From a virus, in the IMG/VR virus record IMGVR_UViG_3300025132_007963, positions 128,822 to 192,821 of that record: a DNA stretch of 64,000 nt. One strand, given 5' to 3'. The notes under the pieces were generated by a model. That model was not told the origin of the DNA, made no database searches, and was given only the letters and a program-made list of their open reading frames with translations. Shown in pieces: positions 30,565 through 39,954 of this stretch; positions within the stretch are counted from its first letter, which is position 1; each line of letters begins with the position of its first letter. The translations under genes were made by a program, and so were the position numbers.

Positions 30565-32204
30565 TTGCTTTTCCTCTCAACTAGTATGCCATGCTCATAA
30601 AAATAAAGAAAGTCAATTTCAGTGCCCAGATAACAGTTTATGGCATGTTCTGGTGTTTCACAAATTGGCTCTCTATCATTAAAGCTGGTATTAAGTAGTA
30701 TTGGCACTCCGCTCTTTTGTTGCCATAATTTAATAAAATTGTAGTACCAATTATTGTCGTTTTCCGTAACCGTTTGTAGTCTAGCAGTTCCATCAAAATG
30801 TACAACTGCAGGCACTTCTTTCTTTTTGTCCTCTTTAAAATGCAAAACAAAACTCATGTAAGGACTATCTTGATCAACAACAAACCACTTACTAGCTTCA
30901 TCTCTCAAAATTGAAGGAGCAAAAGGCCGGAACCATTGCCTGTGCTTTACCTTTTCATTAATCAAGTCTTTCATATTAGCATTTCTAGGATCTGCCAGAA
31001 TGCTTCTATTGCCTAACGCCCGTCTTCCGCTTTCTGAACCACCGCCAAAAACTGCCACTATTTTTTGATCCGCCAGCAAATCAACAACTTCTTCATTGGT
31101 AGAGGCGGTTGCAACAATCTTATCATCATATTGTTCTATTGTACTTTGAATAACTTTTTTTGTGGTCCTTGTTTTGCTTCCTAGGTATGGAGTAAAGTTA
31201 TCCTCCCACTGAATTCTAGGGTTGTCCAATATATGGTGATGTAAATATTGTGCTGCACCGATGGTTAAGCCTCCATCATGTGGTGTGGGAGTTACATAGA
31301 TATTTTTATCTGGAAACCATTTCAGTACTTTTCCCATGACAACAGAATTAAGAGAAACACCGCCTGCAAAGCATATGTTTTCGTAGTTGTTTGAATCGAT
31401 GAATATACTTAGCAAATCTCTCATATAGGTTTCTGTCGCTTTTTGTAATCCAGCTGCAAGATCAAACTTTTCTTGATCTCCTCTATCTGCAATATCAGTC
31501 CACCTTCCAAGATACGGATGTCTAGGATCTGTGCCAACATAAGCACCGCGAGGTTGGCCTGGTGGCTTAAACGAAACAGCTGCAGAATCAAGGCTGAGCA
31601 TTCTATGAAAATCTTTATAATATTTATCCGGATCTCCCATAGCTGCCATAGCCATTACCGTACCTGCCTGATGGCCTCTTGGCCAGCCAGATTGCAACCT
31701 GAACACGTATCTGGTAACACGTGTCCAAACGCCACCAATGTTAACATCGCTAATTGGAGTTACCAACAATGGCTCTACTTTATTTTTGTTTCCTTTCCAA
31801 ATAGTAAAAGCGGTAATTAAGCCACTTTCACTCTCGAAGCCGCCGCCATCCATGGTAAAAATTAAAGCATTATCAAAGTTACTAGAGAAAAAAGCATTTG
31901 CTGCATGGCATTGGTGATGCCCTAAAACATGAATTTCTCCACCATTACCTTTTACAATGTCTCTCATTTTTTCTAGAGACTTAGGGTGGTTTTCTAGTTT
32001 TTTAAATGAATAGTTTGTAGCAAAGTGTTTTATATCTTTAAACTGCTTATATTCATCAAACAAAAACTGTATACCATCTCCTGCTGGTTCTTTTTCTCTG
32101 ATATACCTTTCATATTCCGCATGTACAACGGGTTTACCATCGTTTAATACACAAAAAGAACAATCATGACCGGACCATGCGCTAGCTATTTTCATTTTAA
32201 TCAC
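30561..32204 (-). CDS. Carbamoyltransferase (NodU/CmcH family)
   Basis: 'GHDCS', 'ERY.R.K', 'HHQCHAA', 'GGVSLN', 'GRRALGNRSILADP', 'KHRQWFRPFAPS', 'HFDGTARLQTV', 'LNTSFN..EPI'. Confidence 0.93.
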   Translation of the reverse strand: MIKMKIASAWSGHDCSFCVLNDGKPVVHAEYERYIREKEPAGDGIQFLFDEYKQFKDIKHFATNYSFKKLENHPKSLEKMRDIVKGNGGEIHVLGHHQCHAANAFFSSNFDNALIFTMDGGGFESESGLITAFTIWKGNKNKVEPLLVTPISDVNIGGVWTRVTRYVFRLQSGWPRGHQAGTVMAMAAMGDPDKYYKDFHRMLSLDSAAVSFKPPGQPRGAYVGTDPRHPYLGRWTDIADRGDQEKFDLAAGLQKATETYMRDLLSIFIDSNNYENICFAGGVSLNSVVMGKVLKWFPDKNIYVTPTPHDGGLTIGAAQYLHHHILDNPRIQWEDNFTPYLGSKTRTTKKVIQSTIEQYDDKIVATASTNEEVVDLLADQKIVAVFGGGSESGRRALGNRSILADPRNANMKDLINEKVKHRQWFRPFAPSILRDEASKWFVVDQDSPYMSFVLHFKEDKKKEVPAVVHFDGTARLQTVTENDNNWYYNFIKLWQQKSGVPILLNTSFNDREPICETPEHAINCYLGTEIDFLYFYEHGILVERKSK

Positions 32205-32556
32205 CTTTTATAATTCTGTAAGAATCGCTGTCGAAATGTTGTGTTGAAAATTCAAACAACTCTGTATTTTCTAAAGCAATTACCCTGTGTCTAAGTCCAA
32301 TGTAAACATGAAAACTGTCACCTGGGTTTAGTGTAACTTCTTTTGCTGTATTTATATCGTCGTCATCAGAGTACAGCACTCTGACTTTTCCAGATTGTAT
32401 ATAAAATACCTCATCTTTTATTTTGTGGAAATGCCATGAACATTTTTTTCCTTTATGAAAAAAAAGTAATTTACCACAGTATTTGTCGTTATTCACAATC
32501 CATTTTTCATATCCCCATCCTTTAGGGACATGTTTAATTTGCGAAGAAGTCAACAT
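32197..32556 (-). CDS. Cupin-fold sugar isomerase-like protein
   Basis: 'KGWGYE.WI.N...YCGKLL', 'SWHFHKIKDEVFY', 'RHRVIA'. Confidence 0.8.
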   Translation of the reverse strand: MLTSSQIKHVPKGWGYEKWIVNNDKYCGKLLFFHKGKKCSWHFHKIKDEVFYIQSGKVRVLYSDDDDINTAKEVTLNPGDSFHVYIGLRHRVIALENTELFEFSTQHFDSDSYRIIKGD

Positions 32557-32860
32557 CTTTCATTCCCTTATCATCAATAAATATGTCAGCGTCTGGCTTG
32601 CCCATAAACAATTGATGATATTTCACTCCCCATTCCTGTAGTTGGTTTTCAGTAAAAGTATACAAACATTTATATGCGCCCAGTTGATCATTTCCAGTCC
32701 TACCCATGCCTCTAGCAGTTAACAAAAGTATTGTGTGGCCCTCATCGTACAGTTTATTTACCACATCTATTCTTTCTTTTACTGGCGTTGAATCTTTATA
32801 ATCACCGCTATCTGGATAGTGAGAACAAATTGTACCATCAATATCAAAACAATATATCAT
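32534..32860 (-). CDS. HAD-family phosphatase (capsule-biosynthesis type)
   Basis: 'CFDIDGTI', 'LLTARG', 'GKPDADIFIDDK'. Confidence 0.85.
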   Translation of the reverse strand: MIYCFDIDGTICSHYPDSGDYKDSTPVKERIDVVNKLYDEGHTILLLTARGMGRTGNDQLGAYKCLYTFTENQLQEWGVKYHQLFMGKPDADIFIDDKGMKDVDFFAN

Positions 32861-33648
32861 TCTAAATCCTTCAAGGAAACAACATAATTTCCAAATCTCT
32901 TGACAGATATCCTAGCACATTTATTTGCAAAATTAATCGATTGTTCCATATTATTTGTCGACATATAGGCTGTAACTAGTGCAGACAAGAAGGTGTCACC
33001 GGCGCCGCAAACATCAAAGACATTTTCTGGCTCTGTTGGAAATAGCTTCCCTTTCCATTTTGCACCTGCAGAACCTAAAGTTACAATCATCTCTGAAGTA
33101 TCATCAACCTCTTCTATCGACTTAAATTCCTTTTCATTAATTTTTATGATACAGCCCTTATAGCAAGTTAAATCTTTCTTTTTAGAATCAACAAATATTG
33201 GTTTTCCTAGAGTAGATAAAAGATTTACTAAATCAGTACAACTCTCATATGTTAAAAAGCCCTTATTATAATCTGAAATGACAACGCAATCAAAATTAAA
33301 ATTCATGTTTTTGACTGTCTTCAATAAACGCAAGTCAATAGAATTGATTAAATCTTTATCACCCTCGCCCTTATCAACGCGTAGTAGGTGCTGCATTGAT
33401 CTTTGGTCGACAAACCTTTCTTTAATTATTTTTTCTGGATTTGTCAGAAGAATTGTATGGTGCCCAAGTGCTTTTAAGTTATTTTCTACATTAAGTGACA
33501 TACCGGGTTTCTCCTCGGTATACATTATTTTTAATACTGGGACCGGAGCTTCTGGGCTTAATCTTTCACACACGCCATAGTTATAGACATCTGTGCAAGA
33601 ATCACCTATCACTAAGATCTTGAATGATTTGAGTTGTTGAGTATCCAT
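32857..33648 (-). CDS. PfkB-family kinase, HldE/RfaE domain I-like
   Basis: 'VIGDSCTDVY.YG...RLSPEAPVPV', 'ISDYNKG', 'DVCGAGDTF'. Confidence 0.9.
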   Translation of the reverse strand: MDTQQLKSFKILVIGDSCTDVYNYGVCERLSPEAPVPVLKIMYTEEKPGMSLNVENNLKALGHHTILLTNPEKIIKERFVDQRSMQHLLRVDKGEGDKDLINSIDLRLLKTVKNMNFNFDCVVISDYNKGFLTYESCTDLVNLLSTLGKPIFVDSKKKDLTCYKGCIIKINEKEFKSIEEVDDTSEMIVTLGSAGAKWKGKLFPTEPENVFDVCGAGDTFLSALVTAYMSTNNMEQSINFANKCARISVKRFGNYVVSLKDLE

Positions 33649-34003
33649 CTATAAAATTAAAAACTATAACATTGTCACACTGCTCAGCGCCAACAATATC
33701 TTCTTTCTTGTAATCTCCACCTTTTACAATTGTATTAGGCTTAATTTTCTTAACAAGTTCGAGAGGAGTATCTTCACTAAAAATAATAACCTCATCTACA
33801 TACTTACATGATTCTAGCATAAATTTTCTATCTTTTTGACTAAAAACGGGCCTCCATTGTCCCTTTAGTTTTTTTACGCTTTCATCAGAATTTAAACCCA
33901 CTACAACGTGGCCTAGGCTTTTGCAAAATTGCAATAGTTCAATGTGTCCACGATGGAGCACATCAAAACAACCGTTTGTAAAAATTATTCGTTTTTTTGG
34001 CAT
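33602..34003 (-). CDS. Nucleotidyltransferase, HldE/RfaE domain II-like
   Basis: 'FTNGCFDVLHRGH', 'GLNSDESV..LKG..RP', 'VKGGDY', 'GYSTT'. Confidence 0.9.
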   Translation of the reverse strand: MPKKRIIFTNGCFDVLHRGHIELLQFCKSLGHVVVGLNSDESVKKLKGQWRPVFSQKDRKFMLESCKYVDEVIIFSEDTPLELVKKIKPNTIVKGGDYKKEDIVGAEQCDNVIVFNFIDGYSTTQIIQDLSDR

Positions 34004-34008
34004 GATTT

Positions 34009-34037
34009 ATATTAACAGAGCGATAAAATTTTGTCAA
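34009..34037 (-). promoter_or_regulatory. Sigma70-type promoter, TTGACA-N17-TAATAT with extended TG
   Basis: Minus strand reads TTGACA AAATTTTATCGCTCTGT TAATAT AAATC ATG; only 5 nt separate the -10 box from the ATG at 34003. Confidence 0.75.
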
Positions 34038-34842
34038 GAACTAAATTTTCATTATGCTCTTTTGCTTCCTTTTTGCATTCTTGACACTCGACCTTTAAGC
34101 CACAAGGTCCGTGGCTTGATATATCGATATTTATATTTTGTGGATACGCGACCATCACCACATCTTGATAACCTGTTATGATTACAACAGAAGGGGTGTT
34201 TACAGCCGTAGCAGCATGCACTAGACCGCCTTCTGTACTAGTAAAGGTCTTTGCACCTTCAATTAGCAGTGTAGCCTCTCTAAAGGACGTTTTTGACCTA
34301 AAATCAATAACATTATCTAACAAAGGAGACGTGCTAAGTCCAACTTGTACAACTTGAATGTGCTTTGATAATTCATTGACTATATTTTGCCATTTACTAA
34401 AGGGATATGCTCTATTAGGAGTATAGTTTGTTTTTGAGTGTGGTTCAATGACAACATATTCTTGACTAAGGGTTGCTTTTAGTTTATCTACCTTTTCCCT
34501 TTCAGTAGACGAGAAGTATAATTCACATTTAAGTTCTGGATCTGAAATATTATAAAATTCGCACATCTGAGCTATCATATGTTTGTCATATCTATGATAC
34601 GCCTTTAAGGGTGTGTCACTCTTGCAATAGTTAGCTTCGGGGTTGTTACAGAACATTGGAAAAAGCCTTACTTTATCTCCGTCCTTGTATATTAGAGGGT
34701 TATTTTCAAAAACAGGGCTTCTGACTATTTTGTGTATGTTTTTGCCGTCACCCTCACAAGGCAAAATTTTTGCGTCCTCTGGTAGGCTTTTTGAAATCTC
34801 CCTAGCAACTGCTGTCCAAGCTAAATAACCACCTAGGCCCAT
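34012..34842 (-). CDS. Glycosyltransferase family 9 (heptosyltransferase-like)
   Basis: 'MGLGGYL', 'YPFSKWQ', 'VQVG', 'TSFREA..LI', 'EGGLVHAATAV.TPSVVI'. Confidence 0.8.
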   Translation of the reverse strand: MGLGGYLAWTAVAREISKSLPEDAKILPCEGDGKNIHKIVRSPVFENNPLIYKDGDKVRLFPMFCNNPEANYCKSDTPLKAYHRYDKHMIAQMCEFYNISDPELKCELYFSSTEREKVDKLKATLSQEYVVIEPHSKTNYTPNRAYPFSKWQNIVNELSKHIQVVQVGLSTSPLLDNVIDFRSKTSFREATLLIEGAKTFTSTEGGLVHAATAVNTPSVVIITGYQDVVMVAYPQNINIDISSHGPCGLKVECQECKKEAKEHNENLVLDKILSLC

Positions 34843-34861
34843 GACAAATTATTTTTCATTA

Positions 34862-35827
34862 TTAATCACCACAATATTTGATCATCAGTTTATACGCATC
34901 GTTCGCGTATCTTTCATATCCAGCATGTCTTAGAATATATTCACGTGGAGATAGGGGTGCTTGTAATTTTCCGTCCAAAAATTCTTTTACTTTTTCGACA
35001 TAGGGTTGAGCAGCATTATCTTTTCTCTTAATATATTTTTCTGTCATCTTATCTGTATCATGAACCCAAAAGTTTTGATCAAAAATACTAGGAGTGTTGT
35101 TTGGTGATCCAATTATAGGCGTGTTTAAAAACATTGCTTCATAGGTTGCAATACCAGGGCACTCATCTAAGCTCAAATTCAAACAACACCTTGCCTTAAG
35201 TAACAAATCAAAGTAGTCTTCTCTAGTGTAATCACCATACCTAACAACTTCATATGAAATATTATTCTTTTCTAGTTCGTCAATGATACCAACGTAAAAA
35301 CTATCATAATTGTCATCATATCTACGTTTTTTAGAATAAACAAGGCAGTCAAATTCAGGTTGCTTGTTTTCTATGATGCTAGGATCGATATCAAATACAA
35401 CACATTTATCTAAATAATCTGCTTTATGTACCAAGTCTTTTCTTAAAAACTTTTTTACATGATTATTATAAAACTCTACTTGGTCAATATACAGATCAAA
35501 TTCAACGTTTTCAACAAACCAGTTATCCCAGGGATCTGCAGGGCCGATATCGGGATAATCTAATAAAACGTTTGGACCTATAACAATCTTACTATTTTTA
35601 AATTCCTTAAGCTTTTCGTATAGTTGTGGATGAAAGCCTTTTGCATAGAACCAAAAAACGTCATATGAATCTAAATTATCATATGTTTCAAGTTCCCAAA
35701 GCTCATCTACTTCAAATCTGCCAAGCTTATCCTGATTAAGAGCGTCAACGTGGTGACTAAAAGTAAGGCCCGGGCCACGGTCACCACCTGGTCTAGAGCA
35801 CATCAAAATTTTAAATGTTTTATTCAT
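34862..35827 (-). CDS. Putative glycosyltransferase (GT-B)
   Basis: 'GPGL', 'IVIGPNV', 'LSLDECPGIATYEAMFLNTPI'. Confidence 0.65.
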   Translation of the reverse strand: MNKTFKILMCSRPGGDRGPGLTFSHHVDALNQDKLGRFEVDELWELETYDNLDSYDVFWFYAKGFHPQLYEKLKEFKNSKIVIGPNVLLDYPDIGPADPWDNWFVENVEFDLYIDQVEFYNNHVKKFLRKDLVHKADYLDKCVVFDIDPSIIENKQPEFDCLVYSKKRRYDDNYDSFYVGIIDELEKNNISYEVVRYGDYTREDYFDLLLKARCCLNLSLDECPGIATYEAMFLNTPIIGSPNNTPSIFDQNFWVHDTDKMTEKYIKRKDNAAQPYVEKVKEFLDGKLQAPLSPREYILRHAGYERYANDAYKLMIKYCGD

Positions 35828-36600
35828 ACTAAACTTTCTAGCCTTTCATAAGGTTTTTTTTGTTTAAGTTCTGCTTCAATCCTTAATTGATCTGACCTAT
35901 GAGCCCTATCGACTGCAATTGGGTTTGATCTGTTATAGACATATAGTATATCTTGGATATCTCTAAAGTGTTCTGGTCCCGACATTTCGACCATCGGATA
36001 CATTATAACCCTATCCCACGTAAACTTATAAATACCACCATCTTTTCGATCTATCATATCCTCTATCTTAATTTTTTCAAACAATTCTTTTCGAAAAGTC
36101 CTTAAATGAGAGAGTGTCCAATGTTGGTGTCTAATATTCTCATTCCAAAAGTTTGGTGGCATCTCTGGCCTTACAACTCTACCACCAATGTTTTCAATAT
36201 AAGACCCAGCGGTAATCCAGACTTCAGGGTCCTGATAGACTTCATTTAATTTACTTAAAACATTTTTATTAATAAGCCAATCGTCACCGTCAAGAGCAAC
36301 AACAATAGATCCTGGCTGTGCAGAATTGACACAACTAATTAAATTTTCTAATGCTCTTACATTTTCATCATTGTGTATGATTGATAGTACTCCACCTTTT
36401 GGTTTTTTAAACCAAGCTTCAAGAATACTATCCGCTATTTTAGCAGTACTATCTGTCGACGCGTCATTGACATAAACTATATCAAACTTATCATAATCTT
36501 GCTCAAGTGCAGATCTTAAATTTTTTTCAATCCACTTCTCACAATTATATGCTGGTATTGCTATAGTAAAATGGTTTTTGATCAAAATGATTTTTCCCAA
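35824..36600 (-). CDS. Glycosyltransferase family 2
   Basis: 'IAIPAYNCEKWI', 'VNDASTD', 'ALDGDDWL'. Confidence 0.88.
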   Translation of the reverse strand: MGKIILIKNHFTIAIPAYNCEKWIEKNLRSALEQDYDKFDIVYVNDASTDSTAKIADSILEAWFKKPKGGVLSIIHNDENVRALENLISCVNSAQPGSIVVALDGDDWLINKNVLSKLNEVYQDPEVWITAGSYIENIGGRVVRPEMPPNFWNENIRHQHWTLSHLRTFRKELFEKIKIEDMIDRKDGGIYKFTWDRVIMYPMVEMSGPEHFRDIQDILYVYNRSNPIAVDRAHRSDQLRIEAELKQKKPYERLESLV

Positions 36601-38675
36601 AAGAACGAAGGCCTTGATTGCAAATATTCAACAATGGTATCCGTACTTGAATTAAACCAATCTTCGTCACAGTGCTGTACGTTTTCATTCATTTCTAATT
36701 CACATCCCAATAATTTAGCCTCAATTATAAATCTAGGGCACGTGTCTAGTCCTGTTGGCTTAAAGCAGACACCCTTAGCAGCAGCTAGTTTATTTAAAAA
36801 TTCAACAGGAGGGACGTTCCACAATACTTCATACTCTAGATTATTTTTCTTGCACCACTCCTCTGATTCTTTAGCTCCCTTAACCCAGCTATTAGATCCA
36901 AGAACAACCCATTTATTACTTTTTTGCTTAACCTGAGTTTTTAAATTGTTTATATATTCAAAGAACTCATTCGTAAAAAGAGAAGATAGCACAGTCATGT
37001 TGTCTTGTTTTATGTCAGACAAGTGATTTGTATACATTTCTTTTTGCTTTTCTGACATAAAAAAGGTTGATTTAGCGTTGTTAACAAACTTTGTGATCAA
37101 AGAACCTAAATCTGTATTTGAATAATCACAATCTTCGCCCTCAACCATGGAATATAGCAGAGGATTTCTATGCTTACAGAATTTATAATCAAACTCTATA
37201 AAAGAATATTGTAAGTTACTTTCTCCTAAAAATCGCAAAACATCATGATTTAAGGCTGATATATTCCCAAATACCCAATTTGAACTTTCATGCTTCTGTA
37301 ACAGTTCAGTTGTAAGCGCTCCAGAATTTATAAAAGCTACTTTTTCTGATGGACACGTATCAATTAAAGTTTGCAAGCTCATTTCTGCTCCGCCGGCGTA
37401 TTGAGACATGAACGCATCACTAACAAAAATATAATCAGGTTCATGAAGAACGCCTGCTGGTAAAAGAGCTTCTACCATTCTATCATATATTACCTTTTGA
37501 TCAAAATTCTTAAGTATGTTAGCTTTAAGTTTTTTGGCCCAAGATCTATACATATCATTGTTATTGTAGAGGCCTCTTAGTTTTCTCTTAAAATCAATCT
37601 TGTTTGGAAAACACCACATTGAACCTTCTGGAAGTATATCTTTCCAGACAGCTTCTTTTTGCACGGGGGATAAAACATAATCTACTCTGGCAAAAAGAGC
37701 TTTCTTTTTGTTTTTCTTTGTCTTGTTATCCCTTACATTTGCGTATAGAAAATCCAAATGTCCACTCCAACCTGGAGCTAGGACAGGTAGACCGTTAGCT
37801 GCAGCTTCAAAAAGCGGCAGACCAAAACCTTCTCCGTGCGTGGCACTAATTATGCCTTTTATTTTTTTATGAGTGTATAATGAATTCATTTCTTCGATTG
37901 TTAAATCGCCATGAAGCAAGTAAATTTTACACTTTCTATCTTGAGCACCTTTTTCTGCTAGTAGTTGCTTAAATCTCCTAATAGTATACATTTTATCGGC
38001 GTAGCTATTTTTTGCCGCATTTGCTTTGACAACCAAACCAACTTCTTCATTTTTGAATTCTTCAATAAACCATCTAATAGTGTTTTCTAGGTTTTTTCTT
38101 ACAGACCATTGCGCGACAACAAGAAAATTATTATCATACTCTAGATCTATATTAAAATCGGATGATTTTTCCAAAGTTCTCACTGGGTAGTGTACAACTT
38201 CTACTTTTGCTCCGCAGCCAACCATAGATTGACCACCATCTTCAATTTGCATTGGATATTTAGTATTTTCAAAAACCCACTTTGCAAATTCAGATGGCAC
38301 AATTATCTTATCAATTTCATGGCTTTTTTGTATCCACTTAGGGTCAACTTTTGTTGTCTCAATTCCTGCTGTTACGCAAACTGAATACGGGGCTCTTCTT
38401 TCAAATTCGTTTGGTATACCAACATGTATATGCATATCAAAATTAGGTGTAGTTTCTTCTTTTGCTAGAACAGCTGACTTTGCTACCAGTTGATCAATAT
38501 ATTCTCTGTCCTCTCCTTGACCGGTAATCCACCCTGTGGCTCCCCAATTCAAAGGATGCAAGAATATATCTAACATATCTTCTCTCTGCCTAAGAGATCT
38601 TAAAACTAACCTAGTATGTTCCCCATAACCTGATCTTGTTAATGCAGGGCCTGTTACTAAAATTTTATACTTCAT
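36582..38675 (-). CDS. Two-domain glycosyltransferase fusion (GT4-like plus second GT-like module)
   Basis: 'SGYGEH', 'RKNL', 'GEGFGLPLFEAAANGLPV' in the N-terminal part; 'GGAEMS', 'DTCPRFIIEAKLLGC' in the C-terminal part. Confidence 0.8.
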   Translation of the reverse strand: MKYKILVTGPALTRSGYGEHTRLVLRSLRQREDMLDIFLHPLNWGATGWITGQGEDREYIDQLVAKSAVLAKEETTPNFDMHIHVGIPNEFERRAPYSVCVTAGIETTKVDPKWIQKSHEIDKIIVPSEFAKWVFENTKYPMQIEDGGQSMVGCGAKVEVVHYPVRTLEKSSDFNIDLEYDNNFLVVAQWSVRKNLENTIRWFIEEFKNEEVGLVVKANAAKNSYADKMYTIRRFKQLLAEKGAQDRKCKIYLLHGDLTIEEMNSLYTHKKIKGIISATHGEGFGLPLFEAAANGLPVLAPGWSGHLDFLYANVRDNKTKKNKKKALFARVDYVLSPVQKEAVWKDILPEGSMWCFPNKIDFKRKLRGLYNNNDMYRSWAKKLKANILKNFDQKVIYDRMVEALLPAGVLHEPDYIFVSDAFMSQYAGGAEMSLQTLIDTCPSEKVAFINSGALTTELLQKHESSNWVFGNISALNHDVLRFLGESNLQYSFIEFDYKFCKHRNPLLYSMVEGEDCDYSNTDLGSLITKFVNNAKSTFFMSEKQKEMYTNHLSDIKQDNMTVLSSLFTNEFFEYINNLKTQVKQKSNKWVVLGSNSWVKGAKESEEWCKKNNLEYEVLWNVPPVEFLNKLAAAKGVCFKPTGLDTCPRFIIEAKLLGCELEMNENVQHCDEDWFNSSTDTIVEYLQSRPSFFWEKSF

Positions 38676-39939
38676 TTAAATCTATCAACTCCCAAGACTT
38701 ATGCTTTCTATTTGACCAAGAGCCTACTTCTTCATGTAGGTTTGTTAGTGTTTTATCCCACAATTCAACATATGAATCGTGACCATAATTTTGCAAAACA
38801 TGGTCGCGACCCATCGCTCCCAGTTTATTACGCTCTTCCTCGCTCATGTTGTATATTTTTAAAAGTGCTGCAATAAAATCTTCTTTCGAAATTCTATCTT
38901 CGTATATGTACGGCACTTGTTGTGAGCCTATAATAGCCTTTGAGGATGGCTCTATACCTACACCAAACCAATTTTCATTTTCGTCCACTACCTGCTCCTG
39001 CAGGCCACCTGTCATATTTACAATTATTGGAGTTTCGCAGGCCAAAGATTCAAGAGTTCCTAAGCCAAACCCTTCTGCGTCTGATATGTTTATCGTACAA
39101 TCTGCAACATTATACAGAAATGCTAATTCTTCAGCTGGCATCTTTCTTGTTGATAGTAAAACTTCACCATCCACAAGGTTTAAATTTTCCATAATCGCTT
39201 CAAGGTCTTGTCCGTTTTCGTCTTTTGGTTCTGTGTGCATAATTAAGCATGCATTCTCTTTGCCAACCTTTTCTAGAAAGTCGTTAAACCACCATATCAG
39301 CGTACCCGACTGTTTTCTTCTAGCATTCCTGTTGTTCCAAAAGAATATAAACTTTTTTTCTCCATTCTTCTTAAAGGCTAAATTATTATTTTTTCTAAAA
39401 TTATTGATCTCGTCTGTACCAACCCTCTTAAATATCGATGTATTTGTAGTGTGCGGGATCCTAGTTCTTTTTACACCAGGTGCAACATTTGCAACAATGT
39501 CATCGGTAACTTTACTGATTGTAGCTACCATATCATTTGACATATAATATTGTTTATTGAAATTAGGGTATGGATAGTTATCCCATACATGATAATAAAC
39601 TAGAGGTACAACGGACCTAACTTCATTTTCTATGTCCCATAGCCATGGCCAAAACCTTGGATCAGTCATAATCCACATTATATCAGGTTTATGATTTTGT
39701 AGCATTGATCTAACTTGCTCTTGGTTCCCATAACCATCAACAGGAAAAATTATCCAATCATCTCCATATCCATCTACTCTAATTGGGTTATAATCTTGAT
39801 GCTTGATTGCACCTCCGAAACAAACAAAACTGTATCTACCAGTTTTGAGAAGTCCCTCTATCATATATCTAGTTTGAGTTGCAACTCCGGATGGAGCTAA
39901 AGGGTTGTCAGCCAAGACAAAGACTTTAATTTTTTTCAT
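38665..39939 (-). CDS. Glycosyltransferase family 4
   Basis: 'SGVATQ', 'NRNARRKQ', 'EGFGLGTLESLACETPII'. Confidence 0.88.
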   Translation of the reverse strand: MKKIKVFVLADNPLAPSGVATQTRYMIEGLLKTGRYSFVCFGGAIKHQDYNPIRVDGYGDDWIIFPVDGYGNQEQVRSMLQNHKPDIMWIMTDPRFWPWLWDIENEVRSVVPLVYYHVWDNYPYPNFNKQYYMSNDMVATISKVTDDIVANVAPGVKRTRIPHTTNTSIFKRVGTDEINNFRKNNNLAFKKNGEKKFIFFWNNRNARRKQSGTLIWWFNDFLEKVGKENACLIMHTEPKDENGQDLEAIMENLNLVDGEVLLSTRKMPAEELAFLYNVADCTINISDAEGFGLGTLESLACETPIIVNMTGGLQEQVVDENENWFGVGIEPSSKAIIGSQQVPYIYEDRISKEDFIAALLKIYNMSEEERNKLGAMGRDHVLQNYGHDSYVELWDKTLTNLHEEVGSWSNRKHKSWELIDLNEV

Positions 39940-39954
39940 TTTGTAAACTTACCT

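Noticed and set aside
14342-39939. Island as a captured bacterial capsule locus or host contamination
   Set aside because: Seamless gene overlaps with phage genes, similar AT-rich composition and no export genes
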